From: Malacoraja senta
Lineage: Eukaryota
Assembly (NCBI GenBank): GCA_038087875.1
Contig: CM075994.1
Span: 11,162,001-11,226,000 of the forward strand
Length of the DNA stretch: 64,000 nucleotides
Direction: 5' to 3'
Shown here: positions 51,181-63,384 of the stretch, in pieces
How the letters are laid out: every line of letters starts with the position of its first letter
Position numbering within the stretch: position 1 is the stretch's first letter
Notes under the pieces: model-generated
Told to the model about the DNA's origin: nothing
Databases searched by the model: none
Seen by the model: the letters and a program-made list of their open reading frames with translations, nothing else
Translations under genes and position numbers: made by a program

Positions 51181-51645
51181 CGGCTGAGGAGCATCTGCGT
51201 CTGGGGGAGGGGCGTCTGCATCAGGAGAAGTGGCATCTGGGTGTGGTTCTATGGGGTTGTGGTTGGGCGGAGGGGGGAGGTCGGCGGTGGGGGGGGGGAG
51301 TGGGATGAAGGGTGATTCTCTGGGGTTGAGGGGGTGAGGGGAGGTCGGGCGGTGTGGGGGGGAGTGGGGCGAACGGTGATTCTCTGGAATTGAGGGGGAC
51401 GTCGGGCTGTGGGTGTGAGGGGCGATTCTGTGGGGGTGAGGGGAGGTCGGGCGGTGAAGGGGGGTTGGGGTGAGGAGTGGTTCTCTGGGGGTGAGGAGGA
51501 GGTCGGGCTGTGGGGATGAGGTGTGGGGGTGAGGGGGTGAGTGGCTGAGGGGAGGTCGTGGGTGAGGGGTGTTTCTGTGGGGTTTAGGGTGACCGGGCTG
51601 GTGCCCCGGTGCTGCCTCTCACGGTGCTGCTGTTGCCTCCTGCAG

Positions 51646-51677
51646 CTGTCGGGGCTGCTGCTGAAGGTGTCGTCGAG
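51646..51677 (+). pseudogene. TAP1: Internally deleted remnant of the TAP1-like exon (LSGLLLKV...VE)
   Basis: Acceptor ttgcctcctgcag, CTG TCG GGG CTG CTG CTG AAG GTG, then cgtcgag|gtga, matching the exon end at 48696-48706. Same downstream intron sequence. Confidence 0.7.
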
Positions 51678-54050
51678 GTGAATGGGGCGGGTGGAGGCTG
51701 GTGGCCGGCACAGACCCAGACCCAGACCCAGACCCAGACCCGGACCCGGACCCGGACCCGGACCCAGACCCCGGACCCAGACACAGACCCAGACACAGAC
51801 CCAGACACAGACCCAGACACAGACCCAAACACAGACCCAGACCTTCCGAGCCGGACCCAGACCCGGACCCAGATCCAGACCCAGATCCAGACCCAGACCT
51901 TCCAAGCCAGACCCAGACACAGACCCAGACACAGACCCAGACCCAGACACAGACCCAGACCCAGACCTTCCGAGCCAGACCCAGACCCGGACCCTACCAA
52001 GACCTAGATCCAGACCCAGACCCAGACCCAGACCTTCCGAGCCCAGACCCAGACCCAGACCCGGATCCGGACCCAGAACCCAGACCCAAACCCAAACCCG
52101 GACCCAGACACAGACCCAGACTCAGACCCAGACCCAGACACAGACACAGACCCAGACACAGACCCAGACACAGACCCAGACAGCCACAGACCCAGACACA
52201 GACCCAGACGCAGACCTGGACAGAGACCCAGACACAGACCCAGACCCAGACAGAGACCCAGACCCAGACAGAGACCCAGACCCAGACCCAGACCCAGACT
52301 CAGACCCAGACCCAGACCCAGTTCCAGACACAGACCCAGGCACAGACCCAGTCCAGGACCCAGACACAGACCCGAACCCAGATCCAGACCCATACACAGA
52401 TTCAGACCCTGACCCAGTTCCAGAAACAGACCCAGACCTAGACCTAGACACAGACCCGAACCCAGACACAGACCCAGACCCAGACCCAGACCCATGTCCA
52501 GTCACAGACCCAGATCCACACCCTGACCTCCCGAGCCAGACCCCCGTCAAACGCGCCACCGCACCCGGCTACCCCCCGGCAACCGAACACCTATCCTCTG
52601 CGGTCAAGGTGAGCGTGGGGGTGGGGGAAGGGGGAGGGGGGTGGGGTAACGGGGAGGGGGGTTGCTGCTGCTGGTGGGCACAGACCCAGATCCACAGACA
52701 CCCGCACGACCCCCAGGCAACCGGACACCCATCCCCCCGGTCACCCGGCTACCGACAACCAGACATCCGTCAACTGGACCCCTGACCCCCCGGCAACCGG
52801 ACACCCAGACATCCGTCAACTGGGCCCCTGACCCCCCCGCCAACTTGATACCCGCTTCCCTGGCAACCACCTGACAACCACAAACCCGTCCCCCCGGCAA
52901 CCGGACACCCGTCCCCCGGCAACCACGCGGAAAACAGACACCCGTCCCCCCCCGGCTCCCGCTGTCTCTGCTCCGTTAACGCGCCTCCAGCCGTGTGCGT
53001 GACACTGAGCTGCTCCGTGTGCCCCGGATTATACAAACGGCGGTGTTTAGTGAATATAGTGTTGGCGTTTCCACTTCAACGTCTGCGATCATTGACGCTC
53101 CCGGCGCACGTTCACCCCGGGAACCCCCCCGGGGCTCGGACCCGATAGATTGTCCGCCGCACAAACTGCACTGAGCCGCCGGGAGATTGTGGAAGTGGGT
53201 GAAATGGCTTGGAGAGCGGCGGGGAATCGCGTAAAACATCCCCTAGACCGACAGACGGGACGGGGTCTGTGAGCCGTCCAACCGTGGGCGCGGGGGCGGG
53301 CGGGGAGCGGTGGAAGCCGAGGCTGCCCGTCGGTGCCTGTGCAGCGGGATCATCGCCTGATGGACACGGGAGCAGACCCGGCGCCCGTTAATCCCGGGAA
53401 CCGTCCCGGAACTGCAGGAGCGGAGTAATTGTCAGTCACACAACCTCACGGTGACCCGCCGGGAAATTGTAACGTCCATGGAGGTGATCGCGAGGAATAG
53501 ATCGGGTAGACGCACCGAGTCTCTGGCCCACAGTAGGGGAATGGAGAACCAGAGGGCATAGGTTTACGGTGAAGGGGAGTGGGGGGGGGGGTGGCGGGGG
53601 GGGGAGTTAATAGGAACCTGAGGGGTAATTTTTTCACACAAAGGGTGGTGGGTGTATGGACCAATCTGTCAGAGGAGGTAGTTGAGGGAGGGACTATCCC
53701 GACATTTATGAAACTGTTACACAGGTACATGGACATGTCGGGTTTAGAGGGGTTAGTGCCAAAGGCAGGTAGGTGGGACATGATCCCAGCACCGGCTTTA
53801 TACGGGAAAGCTTCCGTTGCCGATTTATCGCGGGATAATCCCGGCATGTTGGTCGGTGTGGGCAAGTTGGGCCGAAGGGCCTTTCCCCCGCCATTTCATG
53901 GGATCCCAATTTCCCGCTGTTCACTGCAAGGTTGTGTGACCGACCAGTCCTGTAGCGCAGTGGGCATTATCGGGTTAAACCTCACCAAACAACTGGAGCT
54001 GTCAGCGGCGGCGGCGGGTCCCGGGCCGAGCACAGACTGACCGTGGGGAC
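51670..54050 (+). repeat. Tandem duplication unit 2
   Basis: Near-identical to 48690-51180. Confidence 0.92.
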
Positions 54051-54249
54051 GTCTGGGAGCACAGTCTGATCTCAGGTGCGGTGGTGGACGCCGGTCTGGC
54101 CGGCTGGAACGTGTCGCAGCCCAGACTGACCGCCGGGACCACACGCCGCTCGCACCCCACCCTGGCCGGACCTACACCCACGGGAACCGTCTCCATCTTT
54201 GCTCCGTCCCGACGGCCAGTCTGTGCTGTGACCGCGTCCGGACGGCCAG

Positions 54250-55549
54250 TCTGAACCCCCCAGCCCGCCTGGACCCTCTGCTGCGCTGGGTCTGTGCAGC
54301 GGTCCTGAGTCTCCCGAGCGAGGAGGGCGGTCAGTCGCTGGTCTACATCCGCACCCAGCTGGCGGCTCTCCGCCTCAGGACCCTGCAGAGATACCTGTAC
54401 TCAGGGGCATCCTCCCAGGCGGCACGTGTTGGCCACGCACTCTTTCCAACAGGGCCGCTACCGTCAAGGAGGTACGCGGATACCGATGGTGAGCATCAGC
54501 CGTGCTGTCCAGCAGAGGATACCTGGCTTCTACCGGGACCTGCTGAGAGTCTGGAACCTGGTTGCCGTCGACCGGGGCCCCCTCCGCCGGCGGAAGGCAG
54601 AGCGGCCAGCCCTTGTCCCGCCCCAGCGGGTGTCGGGGAGACGCGAACGTGTGGAGTACTTGCGGCTGAGCTAACCCCGCTCAGCTGGAAGTACTGGTCG
54701 GTCCCAGGCGCCGTAAACCTTCTCGGGAACCGGTCCCGCACAACATGAGCAGCCTTTCATCAGCACCCTTCATCTCCCTCCGATACGCAGGGAAGCGTCT
54801 CCTGTACGGGCTCCCCCTCCACACCCCTGCCCTGGTCCATTGTCCAGACAAACAGTGGCGGCCGGTGTTGTCTTTTAGTCACGAGAGGGGGTCCCTCTAC
54901 ACAGCGATTCTCCCCTCTACATCGGGGACCTGGGGTGGCGGGTGCTGCACCGAGGATTCCCCTGCAACCTGTTTCTCTCGCGGTTCACAGACTCGCCAGC
55001 CGCCTGCCAGTGTTACGGGCTGAAGAGTCTGTGTTCCACGTGTATGTGGAGTGTGTGAGGTTGAGGCCCTTGTTCCAACATCTAAAGAGGCTGCTCCTTG
55101 CCTTCTGGCTGAACTTCTCACCCACCATCCTCATCTTTGGACATCCTGTGCGTAGGGGAGAGGGTAGGGCTGAAGATGTCCTGGTTGGGTTGCTTTGAGC
55201 CCTGGTCAAGGTGGCCATCCACGACTCACGGCGCCAGGCGGAAGAGGGCTCTACTAGAGCCGGCTGCCTGCCGCTATTCCGGGGTTACGTCCGCGCCCGG
55301 GTGGTCCTTGAGAATGGACCACGCGCTGTCCACGGCCTCCCTGGGGATTTCCGGGACCGCTGGGCACCGCGTGGGGTGGAAGTCATTCTCGATGGGGTTT
55401 GTAATATAGTTGTAAAGGAGTTTATATCGGATATTTGTTTGGCGTGTATTATGGTGGTGGGTTTTGATTCGTTTTATATTGTACTGTAAATATTATTTTA
55501 ATAATGGATTACATTATTTTTGGTTATAGAGAAAAAGAATAAAAAGAAG
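54250..55549 (+). mobile_element. Tx1/L1-clade non-LTR retrotransposon, degraded 3' part
   Basis: LPSEEGGQSLV..RLRTLQRYL; FYRDLLRVW; EESVFHVYVECVRLRPLF; A-rich tail 55530-55549. Confidence 0.8.
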
Positions 55550-55564
55550 GGGACTCGCGTCGGT

Positions 55565-58445
55565 GCGCGGGGATTCTCGGGGGTTAGTTGTAGAGGGGGG
55601 ATCTAGTCAGCTGGCTGAGTTGGTGGCCGTTACCCTGCCCCTTAAACACACGGCGGGAGCGGTATGGATTTATACAGATTCATGTGCAGTGGTGAATCGG
55701 ATGGCTGTCTGGATGCCCCGCTGGCAAAGCCAGAATTGGGAAATACACGGCCGCCTCCCTATGGGGTCGCCCCTACTGGGTGCATATGCGGGAACAGACC
55801 CGCCACCGCCTGATTACGGTCTAGCTCGTTGATGCCCACACTGCACGGGATACTGAGGAGGCAATACATAATGCTGCTGTCGATAGGGCAGTCCAAATGT
55901 GTACGAAAGAACTGCAGATGCTGGTAAAATGAAGGTCGACACAACATGCTGGAGTAACTCAGCGGGTGAGGCAGCATCTATGGAGGGAAGGCGAGGGCGA
56001 CGTTTCGGGTCGGGACACTTCTTCAGACTGATGTCAGGGGAAGGGGGGCGGGACGAAGATAGAATGTAGTCGGAGACAGAATGTAGTCGGGTGTGAATTA
56101 CCCAAGCGATATATGATGTGCTGTTCCTCCAATTTGCGCTGGGCCTCAATCTGACAATGGAGGAGGCCCAGGACAGAAACGTCAGATAGGGAATGTGGGC
56201 GCGAGTTGAAGTGTTGGTCCACCGGCATATATTATGTACATCACGGCGCAACCCGTCGATGAAAGAGAGCACTTCGCTGTCTGGGCGCATCAGAAGAGCG
56301 GGCATCTAGGGGTGGATGGGGCTAGGAAATGGGCTGAAGCACGAGAGGTGGCACTAACGCATGATCAAGCGAAAACGGTGGTTACTAACTGCAAGGTTTG
56401 CCAACGCATTAAGCCCCGAGGATGCCTAATAGGTCCATGAGGTCAAATTAGGCGTGGCACCGGGGCGGCCAAATTTGGCAGATTGATTATACCGGGCCAC
56501 TCCCACAACAAAATAAGAATAGATATGTCTTAGCCATGGTGGATCCTATTGAGTATTGATGGTGTACCCCTGCAACCACGCCGATCAGGACAGCACAGTA
56601 AAAGGATTGCAGCAACTGTCCTCCGTGTAGAGGATCCCATGGGAATTACAGTCGGACAACGGCTCCCACTTTGCGTGATCACGTGTCCAGGAATGGGCTG
56701 TGGAATCTGGCATTGTATGGGTTTTCCACATCCCGTACTACCCACAGGCTGCTGGACTTATTTAACGCATGAATGGACGACTGAAGCAGCAAATCAAGTT
56801 GCTGACAGCGCTGCGCGCCCTCCAGTGGTGGTTGGGAGTCCTGCAACCAGCCGTGAGCAAACTGAACTCACGGCTGTTGAGCCAATGAGGATCACCAATG
56901 TCGCGGCACTTGGCAGTGTCGGACCCTCCAAAGACTCAGGAAGTGGAATTGGTGGAGGAAGAATCAGGAAAGGTCTGGGTACAATATTCAAAAAAGCCGC
57001 CGGAAAAAGGGGAGATTGTGGCGCGCGGGACCAGGTAATAGGCGATGGGGAGCGTTGCCGGGGGAACAGCGGATGGTATGTTTAAACACCCAGAGGCTAA
57101 CTAAAAGAGAGAGAGTGTGCTTCCCCCCATTACAAGGCAACAACTGACCGATACGCTGCAGGCCCACGTGCTCATGGAGGAGTATCACCAGGACTGAACG
57201 GTCCGGCACCAGGTACCAGTGGAACACCCACGACCCAAGTACCTTGGACCCAAGGACATCGGGCCCATCACTATTGTATTGGGCGGTGTGATTGTCGGGA
57301 AGGACATGGGTGAATTATTGTTGGTTTACTGTTGGTTGCCTGCTTGGTGTTCGGAGGGACACCTCGGCCTACATTCATGAATCTCCTGTTCCAAACCCGT
57401 TTCTCACCCTCAGCTATAAATTCGCCCAACGGCTCAATGTCTCAGCGTGCTGGGCGTGTACACGCATCCAGTACCACAGTGGGGACATCCCATTGTGGGC
57501 AGCCCCCTTAAATCATAGCGAACAATTGTCCGTATGGTCTTTTTGTAGCGAGACCAGGAGTGGTGCGGCTAAGAACTGCCACCAAACCACCCTTGATTGC
57601 CAGTGTCACTGCTTTGACGGGTTGTACATTCAGGCACTCAACGACATTCGGGTGGGAAGGAAGCTCCACTTCCGCCTAACTGGGGCCGACGAGTCCAGCA
57701 ATAGACCCTGCCATTGTAACTTTGAGGGGTCGGGCCCTTCCCGGGGTAATAGTACCTGTACGACATACACCCGGCGGCTCCCCCACACCCCGTTAATGGA
57801 ACCTACTGGGTGTGTGGACTCTGGGCTTACTGCTGGCTCCCGGGAATGCCAGGGGTGTACTTCGGGACATGGGAGAGACCAATGTCTTGGACGGGCTGCT
57901 GTTACTTGGCATATGCCGCACCCCACCTGAGACACTTGCCATCCTTACCCTCATACCCCCGGCAATGACATGTAAAACGGGCTATTACGGAGGCCGAGTG
58001 GTTCTGTGCTATTGCATTTCCCTCCTACTGCGAAGCTGGCACGGGAAATGATTAACATGGCTTCAGCCATGGAAGAAATAGCAAATGAGATGGCAGGCAC
58101 CCTGAGTGGGGTAAAAGAGATCATCACAGAACGCTGTACTTATTTTCCAGGTGAATCCGGGAACATCACCAACCTCGCTGACCACAGCCAGGAAGCCGTG
58201 GATACGATTGGAATGGTCTGAGAACAGTACCACGACTACAACCTCCCGGGAGGACAGTGGCCTTTCGGGATGTTTGGAGGATGGTGGACAACAGTGGTAC
58301 ATTAAAAACTGACCATTGGGACAATCTTGTTGGCCATAATATGACTGCGTTGTGTGTGTGGATTGGCATGACGTCCGCGTGGCCTTTACCACAGCCTGTG
58401 GGCCGGATGTGGCAGTAAGCAGCCTGTTGCGGGGGGGGGGGGGGA
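55565..58445 (+). mobile_element. Degraded endogenous retrovirus: RNase H, integrase and env remnants ending in a G-rich PPT-like run
   Basis: GGSSQLAELVAV...WIYTDS; HQKSGHLG...CKVCQ zinc finger; WQIDYTGPLP; env NPFLTLSYKFAQRLNVSACWAC; poly-G 58431-58444. Confidence 0.85.
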
Positions 58446-58520
58446 CGTTATGCGAGAATTTTGCCCGAACAGTCTGTGACCGAATAGCGCTGTGGCCATA
58501 ACGCTATGTTTAAAGCCATG

Positions 58521-58745
58521 TTTTTTGTCGCAAAAAATAATTTATTTAATTTCAACACGAGACAAAATCACCCCCAAAAACAAAACCGTGGTGACATACT
58601 CACCATCATGTTACAAAATCATCAAACAACTATTTAACACATATTCAATTAACTATTACACAACCCCGGTAAAGGGGCAAGCATCTGGCTCGGGCGAAAC
58701 CCCCTCCCGCCTGGCGCCGTGACTCGCGGATCGCCAGCTTGGCCA
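58521..58745 (-). mobile_element. Short Tx1-like 3' end inserted in the ERV 3' region
   Basis: T-rich start. The reverse strand matches the ggccatcc.cga.tcacggcgccaggcgg segment at 55213-55240. Confidence 0.6.
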
Positions 58746-58906
58746 TGGTTAAACCCCATAGCCCTATGGTTAAAGCGCTTCGTTTAAACCCCACGTATTC
58801 TGGCAGCGCTCTGTTTAAACCTTTCGCGTCAAGTCTGCAGCGCTGTGTGCATTGCTTTACGCGCCAAGTCACCTGCTGATAGCACTTTGTTTCCGGGGGG
58901 GGGGGG

Positions 58907-59437
58907 TGTTGCATGCGGTTCTGTCGGCCTATGGTGCGAATACTTCAGCTGATAGTTCTGTGATGATCTCTTTTACCCCACTCAGGGTGTCTGCCGTCCC
59001 ATTGGCTATTTCTTCCATGGCTGAAGCCATGTTAATTATTTCCCGTACCAGCTTCGCAGTACCATAGGAGGGAAATGCAATAGCACAGAACCACTCGGTC
59101 TCCGTAATAGCCCGTTTTACATGCCTTTTGGTTGTAATTTGAATTTGGGAGCAGCGCTATTGACGACTGGTTTCTGCCTGTATAAAGGCAGTCGCCAGTA
59201 AGCCATAAGGTCGTTATTGACGAGAGGGGTTCACTGACGGGCTGGGTTGCGATCAGCGCCGCGGACGGAGGCAGAGAGAGGGGGAGGTGTGCTGCTGTAA
59301 GACGGACCCGGCGCATACCGAGATAAGTATTGTTTTTGTTCTATCTCGTGCCAATAAACCTGATTTGTAACTTATCGGACGAATGTGCCTTTTTTTTGTT
59401 CTTCTAGTCAGATCCTTGAACGTGTTCACTTGTAAAA
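58907..59437 (+). mobile_element. LTR-like segment containing an inverted env fragment
   Basis: TG start after a second poly-G run; tataaa at 59181; aataaa at 59353. Boundaries uncertain. Confidence 0.45.
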
Positions 59438-61060
59438 TCTCCCCATTTGGAAAATAATCTCCGCCTTTATTCCTACCACCAAAATGAATGACTCTACACT
59501 TTGCTACACTATATTCCATCTGCCACTTCTCTGCCCACTCTCCCAACCTGTGTGAGTCCTTCTGCAGAGTTCCTGCTTTCTCTATACTACCTGCCCCCTC
59601 CACCTATTTTCGCATTATCCACAAACTTGGCCACAACGCCTTCAATTTCTTCGTCCACATCATTGTAATACAACGTGAAGTAGCGGCCCTAGTACCGACC
59701 CTTGCGGAACTCCACTAGTCACTGCAGCCAACCAGATAAAGCCCCATTTATTGCCACTCTCTGCCTTCTGTCATCCAGCCAACCTGCTATCCATGCTAAT
59801 ATCTGTCCTTTGATACCATGGGCTCTCATCTTCCACAGCAGTCTAAGGTGTAGCAACTTATCAAAGACTTTCTGAACATCTAGGTAAAAACATTTACTGA
59901 CTGCCTTTTGTCCTGCTATTTCCTTCTTCAAAGAACTCCAGCAAATTTGTCACAAAGCCATGCGGACCGGGCTATTTGATCATGAACTTCTAGGTACTCT
60001 GGAACCTCATCCTTTATATGGATTCTAAAATCTTACCAACCATTGAAGTCAGACTAACCGGCCGATAGTTCCCACTATTCTGCTTTGCTCCCTTCTTGTG
60101 CAGCGGGGTAATATCGGCAATTATCCAATCATCTGGAACCACTCCTGGCTCCAGTGATTCTTGAAATATCACTATCAATGCCTCCACAATCGTTAAAGCC
60201 ACCTCTTTCAGAACCGTAGGGTGCAGTCCATCTTGTCCAGTTTACACCCACCTTCAGCCATTTCAGCTTCCCAAGCACCAACTCCCCAGTAATACCCAGT
60301 CCACCGAATTCCTCCCCCTGACTCACATGAATTTCAGACACGTTTCAGGTGTTTTCCACTGGGAAGACTGCGAAAATGTATTCAACTCCTCTGCCATTTC
60401 TTTATTCCCCATTATCACTTTTCCTGCATAATTCCCCAGCGGTTCAACGTGCACTCTTGCCTCTTTCTTACACTTTACATAACTGAAGAAACACTAGCTA
60501 TCCTATTTTATATTATTGGCTAGCTTACCTTCGTATTTCATCTTTTCTCCCTGTTTTGCCTTTAGAGTTACATTCTATTGTTCTTGAAAAGCTATCCAAT
60601 CCTCGGGCTTCCGGCTAATCATTGCTATGTTATACACCTTCTCTTTTAGTTTTCTACTGCCCTTAACTTCCCTTGTCTGCCACTGTCGTCTCTTTCTCCC
60701 CCGAGAATCTTTCTTCTTCGTCGGAATAAAAAGATCCTGCATCTCCGGATATTCCCAGAAATTCCTGCCATTGCTGTTCCACCGTCATCCCTGGTATGGT
60801 CCATGTCAGTCAACTTTGGCTAGCTCCTCCCTCATGCCTCTATAGTCCCCTTTGCCCAGATGCAATACCGACACATCCGATATCACCTTATCCTTCTCAA
60901 ATTGCAGATTAAAACTTATCATATTATGGTCGCTACCTGCTAATGGTTTCTTTACCCTGGGTTTATTTATCAAATTCGGTTCATTACACACCTCTAAATC
61001 CAGAATTGTTTTGTCCCAGGTAGGTTTAGAGCAAGCTGCTCTAAGAATCCATATCGGAGG
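59438..61060 (-). mobile_element. Older CR1 ORF2 fragment (endonuclease to RT) with internal deletions
   Basis: LAGSDHNMISF, GNYRPVSLTS, YLDVQKVFDK, WAEKWQMEY. Confidence 0.9.
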
Positions 61061-61074
61061 CACTCCACCAATCT

Positions 61075-62340
61075 CGGTTCCACGGAGATCCTCTCCGAAG
61101 CGACGTGGTGAAAACGCAATGTCGCAATCGGCGGGTCGAATTTGCCGCCTGCGGGCTGGAATCTGGAACTCCGGTCCACACAGCTCAGGCGGATGCTTCC
61201 CCATAGCTGACTTCCGAGGCCTAATTTGCGGGCCTGTGTTTCGGCTCCGCGGCGGAGAAGGATCACCATTCGATCGGCGTGGCAATCCGCGTCGGACAGC
61301 GGGGTCGCCGTGCGCTCGCAGCCTATCGCGATTTAGGCAGATTCCCGGAAGCTGTACACACACACGTTCGGTCACCAGTTGACGTGTGGCGAACCGAACA
61401 TCGCGCCGCCGACTCTTCGGGTGTCTCTGAACACCGTGCTGCACCCGCCGAGTACTTCACCGACGCCCCGTGCGGAAAACGCGATGTTGTAATCGGCGGG
61501 TCGAATCTGTCCCATGCAGTCGGGTCTCAGGAACTCCGGCCCGGCCTGACCGAGTGGATCCATCCCCATGGAAGACATCGGAGGCCGAATCTGTGGGCTT
61601 GTATCTCGGCTCCGCGGCGGCGGCGGCTGGACGTTCCGGTGCGTATCAATCGTCGCGGCAGTCCGCTGTGGAGATCGAGATTGCCGGGCATCTCACAGCC
61701 TACCGGGATTTTAGGAGGCTCCCGGCAGCGGTACATGCACTCGGTCATGTCACCAGTTGAAGATTCTCGGCCCGATCGGGGGCCACCGACTCTTCTGGTG
61801 TTTCCAAACCCCGTGCAGCGCCCGCCGAGCTCCCCGCCGAAACTCCGTGCTGAAAACAGAATGTTGGAACCGGCGGGTCGAATCTGCCGCCTGCAGCCAG
61901 GGTTCTGTATCTCCGGCCCGGCCAGTCCGGCTGCATCCATCCCCATAGCCCACTTATAAGGCCGAATTTGCGGGCCTGTATCGCAGCTGCACGGCGGCTT
62001 GGGCTCACCGTTTCGGTGCTCATCGAGTCATCGCGGATTTCCGCGTTGGAGAGCCGGGTCGTCGGGTAGCCCCGGATTTTCCGCGATTTCGGCAGATTAC
62101 CCGGCAGCGGTAATCTCGCGACTGATCACCGGTGGAGGAATCGCCGCACGCTCGAGGGGCTGACGAGTCTTCCTGTGTCTCCGAACATCGTGCTGCATCC
62201 GCCGAGCTACCCGCCGAAACCCCGTGCTGAAAACGCAATTTTGCAATCAACGGGACGAATCTGCCGCCCGCATCCAGAACTCTGAAACTCCAACCCGGCC
62301 AGAACGTGTGGATCCATCCCCATAGAAGACTTCAGAGGCA
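61075..62340. repeat. CpG-rich tandem repeat, ~365-377 bp unit, ~3.5 diverged copies
   Basis: Anchor gcgggtcgaa(t)ctgccgcc at ~61131, 61496, 61873 and 62250. Confidence 0.85.
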
Positions 62341-62429
62341 ATAGACAATAGGCAATAGGTGCAGGAGTAGGCCATTCGGCCCTTCGCGTCAGCGCCGCCA
62401 TTCAATATGATCATGGCTGATCATCCACA

Positions 62430-63383
62430 ATCAGTGGATGTAGTGTATCTAGACGTTCAGAAAGCCTTTGATAAGGTCCCGCACGGGAGACTGGTGACTA
62501 AAATTGGTGCACATGGTATTGGGGGTAGGGTGTTGACGTGGATAGAAAATTGGTTGGCAGACAGGAAGCAAAGAGTAGGAGTGAACGGGTCCTTTTCAGA
62601 ATGGCAGGCAGTGGCGAGTGGAGTGCCACAAGGCTCGGTGTTGGGGCGGCAACTGTTTACCATATATATTAATGATTTCGAAGAGGGAATTAGGAGCAAC
62701 ACTAGCAGGTTTGCGGATGACACAAAGCTGGGTGGCAGTTTGAACTGTGAAGAGGATGTTCAGTATAGGAGTAGAGAGGTTCTTCTGCAGTTGTATAGGG
62801 CTCTGGTAAGACCACATCTGGTGTATTGCGTACAGTTTTGGTCGCCTAATTTGAGGAAGGACATCCTTGTGATTGAGGCAGTGCAGTGTAGGTTCACGGG
62901 ATTGATCCCTGGGATAGCGGGACTGTCATATGAGGAAAGATTGAAAAGACTAGGCTTGTATTCACTGGTGTTTAGAAGGATGAGGGGGGATCTTATGGAA
63001 ACATATAAAAATTATTAAAGGACTGGACAAGCTAGATGCAGGAAAAATGTTCCCAATGTTGGGCGAATCCAGAACCAGGGCCACAGTCTTAGAATAATGG
63101 GGAGGCCATTTAAGACTGAGGTGAGAAAAAACTTTTTCACCCAGAGAGTTGTGAATTTGTGGAATTCCCTGCCACAGATGGCAGTGGAGGCTAAATCACT
63201 GGATGGATTTAAGGGAGAGTTAGATAGAGCTCTAGGGGCTAGTGGAATCAAGGGATATGGGGGGAAGGCAGGCAAGGGTTATTGATTGGGGACGATCAGC
63301 CATGATCGCAATGAATGGCGGTGCTGGCTCGAAGGGCCGAATGGTCTCCTCCTGCACCTATTTTCTATGTTTCTATGTTTCTA
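62430..63383 (+). mobile_element. CR1 LINE 3' half with an internal deletion; preceded by an inverted CR1 tail (62340-62430)
   Basis: ORF 62407-63018; (tttctatg)n tail. Confidence 0.93.
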
Positions 63384-63384
63384 G

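Noticed and set aside
48672..52785. Long ORFs rich in PD/TQ/RP/SG dipeptides (up to 404 aa)
   Set aside because: They come from a stop-free hexamer satellite that is open in several frames on both strands; no domain evidence.
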